DNA of 64,000 bases from a virus (IMGVR_UViG_3300023170_000014:12391-76390), one strand, 5' to 3'; counted from the stretch's first letter, positions 9,182 to 18,528 are shown. Notes: generated by a model from the sequence alone, not told the origin. Translations and numbers: made by a program.

Positions 9182-9808
9182 ATGTACAAAACTGCAATTG
9201 CTCACGTTGAAGGTGAACTTTCATACGATGAGGCTCTAAATAATTTTAAAACTGCTTATCCAACATACGATGTTAGAGCAGTTAAGCAATCTAATTATGG
9301 TTGGATTGCCTTTATTCAAAAAGAAGCATATCAAGATCAAAATGTTCAAGATGGCGTTCCTGCTGAAATGGATGAACTTTCAAGTCCCGGCGCTGATTCT
9401 GAAATGCTAGAAGTTGAAATTGGCGAAGGTCCAAAAGAAACTTATGGCGAAGAAGAAGAAAAGCAAGAAGGGCTTATGGAAAAACTAGAAGAGGCTCTTG
9501 ATGAAGTAGAGCGTCTAGTTTCTGAAATTAAAGATTCTGAAGAAGATGAAGAAGAGGTTAGACCATTTGACACTCCAGAAGAGATGGATGACGAATTGGA
9601 TCTAGAAGAAGATGTTGAAGAGATGGAAGGTATTGAAAAAGAAATGCCTCTTACCATCGCAAGAGAAAAAGAAGCCGGTGTAACTCTAAAAACTGCCTCT
9701 AGAGAAGTAGAACAACTAATTAGAAGAGAAAGAGAATTTAGAGGATACAAATTAGCAGGAATTGAAGAAAAGAAAAATAGTTTTGTTGCAAAACTTGTTA
9801 AGAAGTAA
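9182..9808 (+). CDS. acidic head-assembly/scaffold-like protein
   Basis: AAGGAG RBS; very Glu/Asp-rich; multiple KTA/KQS/KEA motifs; just upstream of the protease. Confidence 0.55.
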   Translation: MYKTAIAHVEGELSYDEALNNFKTAYPTYDVRAVKQSNYGWIAFIQKEAYQDQNVQDGVPAEMDELSSPGADSEMLEVEIGEGPKETYGEEEEKQEGLMEKLEEALDEVERLVSEIKDSEEDEEEVRPFDTPEEMDDELDLEEDVEEMEGIEKEMPLTIAREKEAGVTLKTASREVEQLIRREREFRGYKLAGIEEKKNSFVAKLVKK

Positions 9809-9810
9809 GC

Positions 9811-10068
9811 ATGATTCAAAGAAATGAATGGGTTCCTGCATCGGAATTCGTTATAAGAGAAATGAATAGTTTGAGAGGTAAAATGTGTTCTGTAGTGGAA
9901 GGAATGCATCTGCCTGAAAAACAAGAACGCGCAGCAATTGCTTTAATTAAACAACTTTCATATCAAACGCAAGATACTCTTGCTCAATTGATTGAACATT
10001 CTGCCGGTTCTGCTCAATTTAGGTATCAAAATGAAAAAATTGAAGTTTTACCGGGAACCGTTGTATAG
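9811..10068 (+). CDS. hypothetical protein
   Basis: Tightly packed 85 aa ORF in the head operon. Confidence 0.6.
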   Translation: MIQRNEWVPASEFVIREMNSLRGKMCSVVEGMHLPEKQERAAIALIKQLSYQTQDTLAQLIEHSAGSAQFRYQNEKIEVLPGTVV

Positions 10069-10080
10069 ATTGAGGAAAAT

Positions 10081-12828
10081 ATGATAACTAAATATACAAA
10101 TTGTGAAGTTATTGAAGTTAAGAGTGCAGATGAAAAAATAGAAGGGAATGCAAAGTTTTCTTCTTTTGATCATATTCCTAAAGATACTTATCGAACGAAC
10201 GATGGGTATGTTTATGTTAAAGTTAGGGCTATTTCCTCAAGAGTAAATAAAAACTTTGATGGTTGGCCGGTTAATGAACTTGCTGGGATGGATGAGGAAG
10301 AGTTTAGAAAGTTAACTTCTAAAATAGAAAAAGAAGCAGGAAGCAGTCTCAAGAAATGGCAAAAAGAATTAAAAGGTAGAGGTTTTTCTTTTAACAAAAG
10401 TGGTGGTGGACACATAAAGATAACTCACCAAGATCATCCAACAGGTAAAAATGTTGTGATGGCTAGTACTCCGACTGTTGAAGAGCATGAAATTGATAAT
10501 ACTACAAAAATTTTAGCCCAGAAGTTTCCAAAAGAAATGAAGGGCTTTGTATTTAAAGGTAAGAGATACGCTTCTTTAGATCGTCTAACTTTTACCAAAG
10601 ATAGCGCAATCAAATCTAAAGGCGATTATGGATTTAGAACCTTTATTGGACGACCAATTTTTATTGATCACAATAATTCTGATCCTGAAAGAACAAGAGG
10701 CGTTATTGTAGATGCAATGCTACATATTGAACCTGCACATAAAATTTCTAGCGATTCATACTGGGGAGATGCGCCAAGTAACCACAAACCCGAAACTTGG
10801 ATTGAACTTTTGTTAGAGGTTGATGCCAAGTCTTTCCCTAAACTAGCAAGCGCTCTTATTGAAGGTAAAGTCAATGCAGTTTCAATGGGTTGCAATGTTG
10901 AATATACTGTTTGTTCTGTCTGTAACCATAAAGCAGCAAATGTAGATGAATATTGTAATCATATTAAGAAAAAGGGAACTACATTTAAAACTGGTAATGT
11001 AAGCAAACTCGCTTACGAAGATTGTTATAATGTAAATTTCTTTGAAATATCTGCCGTATTTGATCCAGCAGATGTTACTGCATTATTTACTGAGCCTGTT
11101 AAAACAAGTCATACAAAAACTGCAATGGATCTGCCAGAACATCACTCAGAAGTAATAAAAGCGGTTGAAGATTTGATGGATATTGTTAGAAGAGAAGCAG
11201 AAATGGTTGAAGATAAAATTACAGCCGGGTTAGATCCATTAACTCTTGAAGAAGAAAGACCTTTTATTGAAGAATTTGATGAAACTTTTAAAATTTTAAT
11301 TGATAAATTAAAAAATCTAGAAGGTTCTTATGAATTAAATGAAGTATATCAACTTTTTAAAAGATACAAAGATTTTTATGAAAAGGTCGCTGAAAAAGTA
11401 GAGTCTTGGCACGAATTGCCAAAAAAAGCCTTTGATATGTATGATCAATTAGCAAACACTTGGCACAAAAGACTTAACGATTGGGTAAAAGTTTTTGCAC
11501 ATCCTGCTAAAAAAGTACAAGAGACTTCACTTCTTGAAATGCAAGAAAATTATGACAGAAGTTTAAGCAATGAAGATTTAGACTTTTTAATGGATACTGG
11601 AATTGATCCAAATTCATTAAATAAAAGCAGTCATCGCTTAAAAGATGCCAATCCCGAAACTAAAGAAGTAGAAACAATTTTTTCTAAGGCTTCGTCTGTA
11701 GAAAAACAGGCGGATTCTATAACTGCTCCTAATAAGGTTGATACACTCAAGACTGAAAAACCTTGTCCTATCGGCCTAGCAGGAGAGTGTGGGCTTGATG
11801 ATGAATCAGGTAGATGTGAGAAATGTGGTTATCGTGAGCCACCAGCGCCTCTAGATGATCCAGATTTATCAAAAGCGAAGGACTTTGATCGTCAGAAGGA
11901 AGAACAAAAAGATGAAACCCGAGATGAAACCAAAGACCTTATTGATCAGTTAAAGAGAACACTATCAAAAAATCAAAAACGGAGTGTTAATAGTAAGATG
12001 AATGAAAATACAAAAATAACACTTACGGCAAATGTTGAAGAGGTTCCAAGCGACGAAAAACTAGCCGATCTTGGTTGGATTCTTCCAGAAAAAGAGGCCG
12101 GTGTCGCTTCTAATACGGTTCCTGTAGCAGAAGATGGTCAATCCGCTTCTGATAGACCAAAGGAGCAGAGAGTGATTTCAGATCAGAAAAAACCTGTTGA
12201 AAGCACTACTAAGGTCGCTTTAGGTGAATTGCCACAAATTCCACAACCGAATGGTGGCGATTCTTCTCCGCAATACAAAGGTGATAAAAATAATCAAACT
12301 TCAGGAATTTCTGAACACGAACCATCACCTATGGCTGAACAATATCAGAGTGTAAAGCGAGAAGTTGAACAACCTCAATATGCCGACGAGGGTTATACGA
12401 AAGATATTAAAAACCATAACCCAAGTACGATGCCAGAACAGTATCAAAAGGTTAAGAAAACGGTTGACAAACCGCAGTACTCCGATGAGCCGGGAACTTC
12501 AGGTATTTCGGAACATCATGCAGAGTTGCACAAAAGCAACGTCGAATCTCCAGTTCTAGCCGCTATTAAGTTAGCAGATCTAGAAGTAGAACTAGGCTTA
12601 AACGACGCGGAGATGAAGTATGCAAGAGTTGCTGAGTTAGAGAATGAAGACCTAACAATTGTACAGGCCAAGTATGAGACTCTTTCAAAGATTAAAGAGG
12701 CTGGCCTTACAAAGAAAGAGGCTTCTTCTAATAAAAAATTGGCAAGTTTTCCCTCATTGAAGGGCGTCAAGGAATCTTCAGTAACAAGTTCTGCTGGTAG
12801 CCTCCCTGACGATGCTATTTTTGGCTAA
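10081..12828 (+). CDS. capsid maturation protease-scaffold fusion with HicA-like insertion
   Basis: RAISSRVNKNFDGW, FIDHNN (His), VSMGC (Ser), CSVC...CNH, FFEISAVFDPAD are typical of Bxz1-like prohead proteases; C-terminal scaffold; lies upstream of decoration protein and MCP. Confidence 0.8.
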   Translation: MITKYTNCEVIEVKSADEKIEGNAKFSSFDHIPKDTYRTNDGYVYVKVRAISSRVNKNFDGWPVNELAGMDEEEFRKLTSKIEKEAGSSLKKWQKELKGRGFSFNKSGGGHIKITHQDHPTGKNVVMASTPTVEEHEIDNTTKILAQKFPKEMKGFVFKGKRYASLDRLTFTKDSAIKSKGDYGFRTFIGRPIFIDHNNSDPERTRGVIVDAMLHIEPAHKISSDSYWGDAPSNHKPETWIELLLEVDAKSFPKLASALIEGKVNAVSMGCNVEYTVCSVCNHKAANVDEYCNHIKKKGTTFKTGNVSKLAYEDCYNVNFFEISAVFDPADVTALFTEPVKTSHTKTAMDLPEHHSEVIKAVEDLMDIVRREAEMVEDKITAGLDPLTLEEERPFIEEFDETFKILIDKLKNLEGSYELNEVYQLFKRYKDFYEKVAEKVESWHELPKKAFDMYDQLANTWHKRLNDWVKVFAHPAKKVQETSLLEMQENYDRSLSNEDLDFLMDTGIDPNSLNKSSHRLKDANPETKEVETIFSKASSVEKQADSITAPNKVDTLKTEKPCPIGLAGECGLDDESGRCEKCGYREPPAPLDDPDLSKAKDFDRQKEEQKDETRDETKDLIDQLKRTLSKNQKRSVNSKMNENTKITLTANVEEVPSDEKLADLGWILPEKEAGVASNTVPVAEDGQSASDRPKEQRVISDQKKPVESTTKVALGELPQIPQPNGGDSSPQYKGDKNNQTSGISEHEPSPMAEQYQSVKREVEQPQYADEGYTKDIKNHNPSTMPEQYQKVKKTVDKPQYSDEPGTSGISEHHAELHKSNVESPVLAAIKLADLEVELGLNDAEMKYARVAELENEDLTIVQAKYETLSKIKEAGLTKKEASSNKKLASFPSLKGVKESSVTSSAGSLPDDAIFG
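12268..12520 (+). repeat. about 2.5 imperfect ~33-aa tandem repeats in the scaffold region
   Basis: SGISEHEPSPMAEQYQSVKREVEQPQYADEG / KDIKNHNPSTMPEQYQKVKKTVDKPQYSDEP / SGISEHH. Confidence 0.7.
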
Positions 12829-12885
12829 TTAGCCATAACTCAATTTATGAGATTAATTCAAAAGGTTTTTAGGAGGAAGATTTAA

Positions 12886-13434
12886 ATGCTTCGAATTCAA
12901 AATATTTCAGCAGCAAATCAGCAACGTACCCTCCGCGCTTTGTATGCACAAACTCAAGCGTATCCATACGCCGCAGTTCTGTCATCAAGCACTTACGGTA
13001 CTGCTGGTACTGCTACCGGAGACTTTTCAAAAGGCTCTGGAACTGCACCCGGAACTCTTGGTAACGGGCCAATCTTCCCCGGCATGGTAGCCGCACTCGC
13101 CCCCGCTGGCGAAGTTGTGTGTGTATCAGTCGGTGGAACTGCCCTTTCACCATTCGGGCTATTTGGTAACTTTATCGGTGGAGAATTTGACGAAGTTGGA
13201 GACTTTACCGAAGTCGGTGTTTGGCGCGGTCCAGCAGCCGTGTTTGAAGTGCTTTCACCAGCATTTAACTCAAACATTACTGCTGCCGATGAAGACACTG
13301 ATGCAAATCGTAAACTATATGCTGACGCTAACGGTCTTCTCAACGACACAGAAGTAGATTCTGGCCCTGCCGTTGCAAGACTTATTGACTATGTAAGTGC
13401 TAGCAAGATCGTAATCGAACTGTTGAGTGTCTAA
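12886..13434 (+). CDS. capsid decoration / minor head protein
   Basis: AGGAGG RBS; between protease and MCP; IFPGMV...PFGLFGNF...VGVWRG. Confidence 0.7.
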   Translation: MLRIQNISAANQQRTLRALYAQTQAYPYAAVLSSSTYGTAGTATGDFSKGSGTAPGTLGNGPIFPGMVAALAPAGEVVCVSVGGTALSPFGLFGNFIGGEFDEVGDFTEVGVWRGPAAVFEVLSPAFNSNITAADEDTDANRKLYADANGLLNDTEVDSGPAVARLIDYVSASKIVIELLSV

Positions 13435-13447
13435 GGAGAGTATGATA

Positions 13448-14413
13448 ATGGATGAAGCAAGACAGGCAATTAACAGCAGTGACTACGTTCAAAAACTTGC
13501 TGGTATGCCAAAATTAACAAATGAACAAAAGAAAGCAAAACTACAGACCATTCTTTCAGACAAATCAAACGCTATGAAGCGTCTTGGTGTCGCTATGATT
13601 GGTCCAATTCAAATTCGTCTTCGCTACGAAGGTATTGTTCGTAACGTGCTTGTAGAAGACACCTTGGAAAAGGGTCCACTCTTGCCTTACGACGTTCTTG
13701 ATGACTTTGGACAGGCTTATATTCTTAACCAGACTGACTCAGAAATCAAGATCACTCCCTTCGAAGGTAAGCAGGTTTACCCAAGACTCTTCAGAGTCGC
13801 CGCGTTCCCTCGCGTTCGCAAGGAAGACCTGTACTACCTCCGCGTAAACGCAATTGAATATGCCCAAGATGAATGTCGTCAGGCTATTCAGCGTCAAGAA
13901 GACTCACGCCTCTTGACCTTGCTTGACACCGCTGTAACTGACTGGGCTGCCAAGGAACCAAACCGCTATGCAGGTTCTGGTGGTACTGGTTCAACCACCA
14001 AGTCAATTGGTGCTGGAAACCCACTAGAAGTTGTTGACTTCTACGACCTAGTTGCTAACCTAGAGCAGCGTCAAATCGAAACCAAGCGTATTCTTATGAA
14101 TCCTGCTGACGTTCGTGACCTCTACTCATGGGACATTAACGTAACTGGTTGGCAATTCAAGGACACCGTATTCGGTGGTGGCATGATTACTGAGTTTGGT
14201 GAGTTCACCATTCAGAAGTCAATCATGATTTCACCCGGTAACGTATACCTAGTCCCAGACCCCAACTTCTTGGGTGTCATGCCCGTCATGTACTCACTTG
14301 ACGTTGAAGAGAACAACCAAGTTGAACAATTCTACCGTGGATGGGTAATGGATGAGTTGATCGGAATGCTTATCCTCAACCCCAGAGGTCTTGCCAAGAT
14401 TGTCAAGGCTTAA
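13448..14413 (+). CDS. major capsid protein
   Basis: MIGPIQIRLRYEGIVRNVLVED, ILMNP, GWVMDELIGMLILNPRG resemble the Bxz1-like MCP; strongly biased highly-expressed codon usage; followed by a terminator (track start 13427). Confidence 0.9.
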   Translation: MDEARQAINSSDYVQKLAGMPKLTNEQKKAKLQTILSDKSNAMKRLGVAMIGPIQIRLRYEGIVRNVLVEDTLEKGPLLPYDVLDDFGQAYILNQTDSEIKITPFEGKQVYPRLFRVAAFPRVRKEDLYYLRVNAIEYAQDECRQAIQRQEDSRLLTLLDTAVTDWAAKEPNRYAGSGGTGSTTKSIGAGNPLEVVDFYDLVANLEQRQIETKRILMNPADVRDLYSWDINVTGWQFKDTVFGGGMITEFGEFTIQKSIMISPGNVYLVPDPNFLGVMPVMYSLDVEENNQVEQFYRGWVMDELIGMLILNPRGLAKIVKA

Positions 14414-14454
14414 TTGTAGCAATTGTTTGATATTTTTAATAAAATGTGTTAAAG

Positions 14455-14493
14455 TAGGGGGGATGGTAAACTATCATCCCCCCTATTTACTTT
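14455..14493 (+). terminator. intrinsic terminator after MCP
   Basis: Stem TAGGGGGGATG...CATCCCCCCTA followed by TTTACTTT. Confidence 0.7.
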
Positions 14494-14519
14494 AAAGTAA
14501 GGTTAAGGAGAAAGAAAAT

Positions 14520-14969
14520 ATGCCTAAAGTACATTATGTAAGAAATCTCACCCCAAATTCCGTTAGAATTTCAGATATTAATCTTGGCCCAAGAGGGCAA
14601 AGAGATGTTGCAGAGGTTTCTGATGAGCAATTTCAAAATGCTAAATTTGCTCCTTCAGTCGGGTTATTGGTTGAAGAAATAACGAAAGCACAGTATCAAG
14701 AAAGAATTAGCGCTAAATGGCATGAGCCTGTTAAGAGTTCTAAGCAACAGGAGATTTTCCATGTTGACAGTAAGGGCGAAGAAAAGCAATTACCTGTTGA
14801 AATGGAAATAGAACAAGATGCTGTTCGTGTCCCCGTTGACACTGCTGGCTTTGCTGGTGCTGAAAGAGTTATGGGTAGCCGTCCCGATGAAGGAGATGGT
14901 AAGACTCTATCAGAGATGCGTGCAGAAAATATGGACAACCCAGACGTAAGTGCTGAACTAGGAATTTAA
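14520..14969 (+). CDS. hypothetical protein (head operon)
   Basis: AAGGAG RBS; 149 aa; no clear motif. Confidence 0.6.
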   Translation: MPKVHYVRNLTPNSVRISDINLGPRGQRDVAEVSDEQFQNAKFAPSVGLLVEEITKAQYQERISAKWHEPVKSSKQQEIFHVDSKGEEKQLPVEMEIEQDAVRVPVDTAGFAGAERVMGSRPDEGDGKTLSEMRAENMDNPDVSAELGI

Positions 14970-14970
14970 T

Positions 14971-15258
14971 ATGAGTTCAAAGATAAATAGAACAAGATCT
15001 GGTACAATTACACTAGGAACTGCTGGAACTGTCACAACACAAGCAGTAGATGCTGAAAAGGATAGACAACATTTGTATATTCAAACAGGTACTGCTGGAT
15101 TATACTATGGTTTTTCATCTGCTGAAGTCGCAGGTGGAAGCGCATTATATATTGATGGTGGAACTGCTCTAGTAGAAGTGTGGGGCTACACAGGACCATT
15201 ATATGTTAAGACAAGCACAGGTGCTGCCCCTTACACTATCGGTGAATTGATTATCTAA
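14971..15258 (+). CDS. small beta-rich virion protein
   Basis: DRQHLYIQ...LYYGF jelly-roll-like pattern similar to the C-terminus of 62617; GT-rich. Confidence 0.55.
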   Translation: MSSKINRTRSGTITLGTAGTVTTQAVDAEKDRQHLYIQTGTAGLYYGFSSAEVAGGSALYIDGGTALVEVWGYTGPLYVKTSTGAAPYTIGELII

Positions 15259-15281
15259 TTTTAATTTAAGTCAGGAGAAAA

Positions 15282-16538
15282 ATGAGAATTAATTGGTTTA
15301 GCAATGCCCCTTGGGGTCCGTCAGGCTATTCAAATCAAACCGCCCTATTTGTTCCTAGAATTAAGGAATTAGGGCACGAAATGTCTATAACTGCTTTTTG
15401 GGGACTCCAAGGTGGTCGTCTTGACTGGCATGGAGTCCCCGTCTTTTCTGGTGCATTTGATCCTCATGGTCAAGATATTATGGGATTTTATGCAAAAGCG
15501 TGGAAAGCAGATATCCTTCTTACTCTCTATGATACTTGGGTAATGAACTTAGATGGGCCACATATGGAGGGAATTCCATTCGTTCCTTGGTTCCCTGTAG
15601 ATCATGAGCCTATGCCACAGGGAGTTTATGATCGCCTTAAAAGAGCGATGGTGGCTATTGCTTACTCAAAATCTGGCGTAAGAGAAGCAAAAGAGCGAGG
15701 TTTAGATGTTGAGTATGTACCTCATGGCGTAGATACAAATCTATTTAAGCCTAAAATGCGTGAAATATCTCGTAAACAGATTGGTCTTCCTCAAGATTGT
15801 TTTATTGCTTCTATTGTTGCGATGAATAAGGGAATTCCTCCACGCAAGGCATGGCCTCAACAGTTACAAGCCTTTGCTGAGTTTCATAAGAAACATCCAG
15901 ATTCAAAGTTGTATCTTCATACTTTGATGACACCTGAAGTTGGTGGATATAACATTTGGGATTTGGTAAAGATGCTTGGTTTAGAAGACGCTGTAGTGGT
16001 TCCAGAGCAGTTTCAATATATTGCTGGATATCCACCAGAGTTTATAGCAGAAGTTTATAATGCAAGCGATGTTCTTATGTCTGCAACTATGGGAGAGGGA
16101 TTTGGTATCCCAATTATTGAAGCGCAAGCATGTGGTACTCCCGTAATTGCTGGTGGGTGGACTGCTATGGAAGAACTGGTATTTGCTGGATGGAAGTTAG
16201 ATCGCTATTCGGAGGCAATTCCGTATATCACACAGTTGGCAGCAACTCAATATGTTCCTTCTGTTGATGCAATTCTTGATAAGTTAGAGCAAGCATATGA
16301 TATGCCTAATGAAGACAGAATGAAACTACGCGAAACTGCAAGAGAAGGTGCTTTACAGTATGATGCAGATCTGATTACTGAAAAGTATTGGGTTCCTACT
16401 CTTAAGGTCATTGAAGATAGATTAGTAGAATTTAAGGCTAGTCAAAACAAGGCTAGCGTTCCTGTAACAAAAGGAACTGGAGCGGGCAATCGCGCACAAC
16501 GTAGAAGGCAAGCGAGAAAGGCAAATAAGAATGGCTAA
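15282..16538 (+). CDS. glycosyltransferase family 4 (GT-B)
   Basis: PWGPSGY, YVPHGVDTNLF, YNASDVL...GEGFGIPIIEAQACGTPVI (EX7E motif). Confidence 0.9.
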   Translation: MRINWFSNAPWGPSGYSNQTALFVPRIKELGHEMSITAFWGLQGGRLDWHGVPVFSGAFDPHGQDIMGFYAKAWKADILLTLYDTWVMNLDGPHMEGIPFVPWFPVDHEPMPQGVYDRLKRAMVAIAYSKSGVREAKERGLDVEYVPHGVDTNLFKPKMREISRKQIGLPQDCFIASIVAMNKGIPPRKAWPQQLQAFAEFHKKHPDSKLYLHTLMTPEVGGYNIWDLVKMLGLEDAVVVPEQFQYIAGYPPEFIAEVYNASDVLMSATMGEGFGIPIIEAQACGTPVIAGGWTAMEELVFAGWKLDRYSEAIPYITQLAATQYVPSVDAILDKLEQAYDMPNEDRMKLRETAREGALQYDADLITEKYWVPTLKVIEDRLVEFKASQNKASVPVTKGTGAGNRAQRRRQARKANKNG

Positions 16539-17226
16539 TAACGCTTTAATCCTTCAGTCGTGTATTAATTGGAAAGCAGAAATGGTGAAGGCTCTAGATT
16601 GGCTAGAGCCTATTCACCAAGCCTACGCTGATAATTGGGATATGGATTATCTGGCTAACAGAGAACAAGTAATTGAAACAGATGATCCTGAATATAATCC
16701 AGCGTGGGATAGAATTAAATTAATGATGGATATTTTAGATGAAGAAAGATATGAATATATCTTTTGGATTGATCATGATTGTGTAATAGTAGATTTTTCT
16801 ACAGATCTTAGAACTGGTCTTGATGAAGGAAAAGATCTTGGTTTAGTTCTTCATCCCGGAGTTCCGGGGCATCCTCAACTGGGCGCACACTTTAATATGG
16901 GTGTTATTCTATTAAGATGTACGGATAGAACTAAAGAATTCATTCATGAAGTATGGAACAATAGATTTTCTGGACCTCCGTGGTATGAACAAGATGTTGT
17001 TAATAGATTGTTAAGAGAATTTAAATGGATGAATATGTTTCAAATTGCTGATGATAAATGGAATTCTACATTAAATGTAAATGATTCTCCCAATCCTGTA
17101 ATTATGGCTTTTCATGGGCATGGTCAGCATCATGATGTAGATTATCGTCTTAACTTAATGAAACAATCCTATGATCATTTTAATGTAGAAAAACAAATAG
17201 AAACTGTAAAAAACCACTCTGCTTGA
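16531..17226 (+). CDS. glycosyltransferase, GMA12/MNN10 (GT34)-like
   Basis: YADNWDMDY, PAWDRI, YIFWIDHD (DxD), FNMGVILLR, WYEQDVV, WNS. Confidence 0.8.
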   Translation: MANNALILQSCINWKAEMVKALDWLEPIHQAYADNWDMDYLANREQVIETDDPEYNPAWDRIKLMMDILDEERYEYIFWIDHDCVIVDFSTDLRTGLDEGKDLGLVLHPGVPGHPQLGAHFNMGVILLRCTDRTKEFIHEVWNNRFSGPPWYEQDVVNRLLREFKWMNMFQIADDKWNSTLNVNDSPNPVIMAFHGHGQHHDVDYRLNLMKQSYDHFNVEKQIETVKNHSA

Positions 17227-17327
17227 CCTTAAAAGGTAGACGATTTACCTTCCCCCATAAGAAAGGATAGTTTGGGGCCTATAAGGTCTGCGTCCCCTTT
17301 GTACATTCTAAAAAGGAGTGACCCAGA

Positions 17328-17876
17328 ATGGCACAAGAAGTAAATGTAAGAGGTATTGCGCGTGTACCCTTTGGTGCAGGTTCAGCCTCAACCACAACCG
17401 TATCAGGTAGCGCTGTTGCTACTCTTGACCTAGATAACGGTCAAACTCGTAGAGTGCTACAAAATGAAAGAGCAAGATTTGTTGTTCTTCCAGATCTTTA
17501 CCCAGTAATGCAAGTTTCTGGTGCAGTTGCAACTTCAGGTACTGCTTCAGGACTAGTATGGCGTGCCCCTCGCGCCGGTAAACTAACTGGTGTTGTTGCT
17601 CAAGTAGGTACTGCTCCTACTGGTGCGACTTTAATCCTTGATGTTAAGCGTGTTGGTGCTGGTTCAGCCCCTACCGCTGCTGGAACTTCCGTATTTACCG
17701 AAGCAGGACACAAACCAACCATTGCAACTAGTGCTTTTGCTTCTACTCTTAATGGAACCGCTGGTGTACCAGACAATCAGAGTTTTGCTGCTGGTGACTA
17801 TTTAAGAGTTGAAGTAGAACAAGTAGGCTCATCTGTAGCCGGTGGAAATCTAACCGTCCAATTCTTTGGATACTAG
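17328..17876 (+). CDS. virion structural protein (paralog 1)
   Basis: AAGGAG RBS; TAPTGATLILDVK...FAAGDYLRVEVEQVGS beta-sandwich. Confidence 0.65.
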   Translation: MAQEVNVRGIARVPFGAGSASTTTVSGSAVATLDLDNGQTRRVLQNERARFVVLPDLYPVMQVSGAVATSGTASGLVWRAPRAGKLTGVVAQVGTAPTGATLILDVKRVGAGSAPTAAGTSVFTEAGHKPTIATSAFASTLNGTAGVPDNQSFAAGDYLRVEVEQVGSSVAGGNLTVQFFGY

Positions 17877-17885
17877 GAGGCTATC

Positions 17886-18434
17886 ATGGCTACCTATGTA
17901 AGACTAAGAGGACTATCAAGAAGACCATTTCGTGTAAGCGATACTAATTCTGTAAATGATGTTAAAGTAAGATATAGTGATATTGTAACTGTTGATATTG
18001 ACGATCAACAAACTCTTCGTCATTTAAGAAATTCAGGCGAAGGTCGCTTTATCACAGCATCTGATAATTATTTTAATCTATCACAGCCGGGTGACTTTAG
18101 TGCAACTTCAGGAACTGCTTCAGGGCTTGTTGTTCGCGCTCCAAGAGACTTGGTTATTAAAGGTGTAGATGTAGCAGTTGGAGCAAATGGTGGGACTGTA
18201 CAATATGACGTTAAATACATGACTGCCGCAGAGGGACCAAATGCAGCAGGTATTTCTATTTTTGGAACAGTAACCGCTGACCGTCCTACAATTGGGGCTG
18301 GTGAGTTTGCTGCTTCAAGTGGTTCAGTAACAAATACCACTTGGGGTAAAGGAGACTATCTAAGAGTAGAAGTTGCAGCGATTTCTGGTACTGCTTCTAA
18401 TGCTTCTATTTCAATTAGATCAGACCAGATTTAA
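17886..18434 (+). CDS. virion structural protein (paralog 2)
   Basis: Same length (182 aa) and shared ATSGTASGLV.RAPR and GDYLRVEV blocks with 17328. Confidence 0.65.
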   Translation: MATYVRLRGLSRRPFRVSDTNSVNDVKVRYSDIVTVDIDDQQTLRHLRNSGEGRFITASDNYFNLSQPGDFSATSGTASGLVVRAPRDLVIKGVDVAVGANGGTVQYDVKYMTAAEGPNAAGISIFGTVTADRPTIGAGEFAASSGSVTNTTWGKGDYLRVEVAAISGTASNASISIRSDQI

Positions 18435-18454
18435 AAACTGAATATGTATTAAAT

Positions 18455-18488
18455 AAAAAGGTCCAGTCTTACCGGCTGGGCCTTTTTT
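18455..18488 (+). terminator. intrinsic terminator
   Basis: AAAAAGGTCCAGTC-loop-GGCTGGGCCTTTTTT. Confidence 0.75.
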
Positions 18489-18528
18489 ATGCCCTTTTTC
18501 TTTAACTTAAACTATGAAGGAGAAAAAC

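Noticed and set aside
9442-9924. Ser-rich - strand ORF and similar antisense ORFs throughout
   Set aside because: Mirror images of Glu-rich or Gly/Thr-rich sense genes; no RBS or independent features
10339-10572. Protease insertion as an intein
   Set aside because: No Cys/Ser-start block A or His-Asn/Cys-Ser-Thr junction, and too short; motifs fit HicA better
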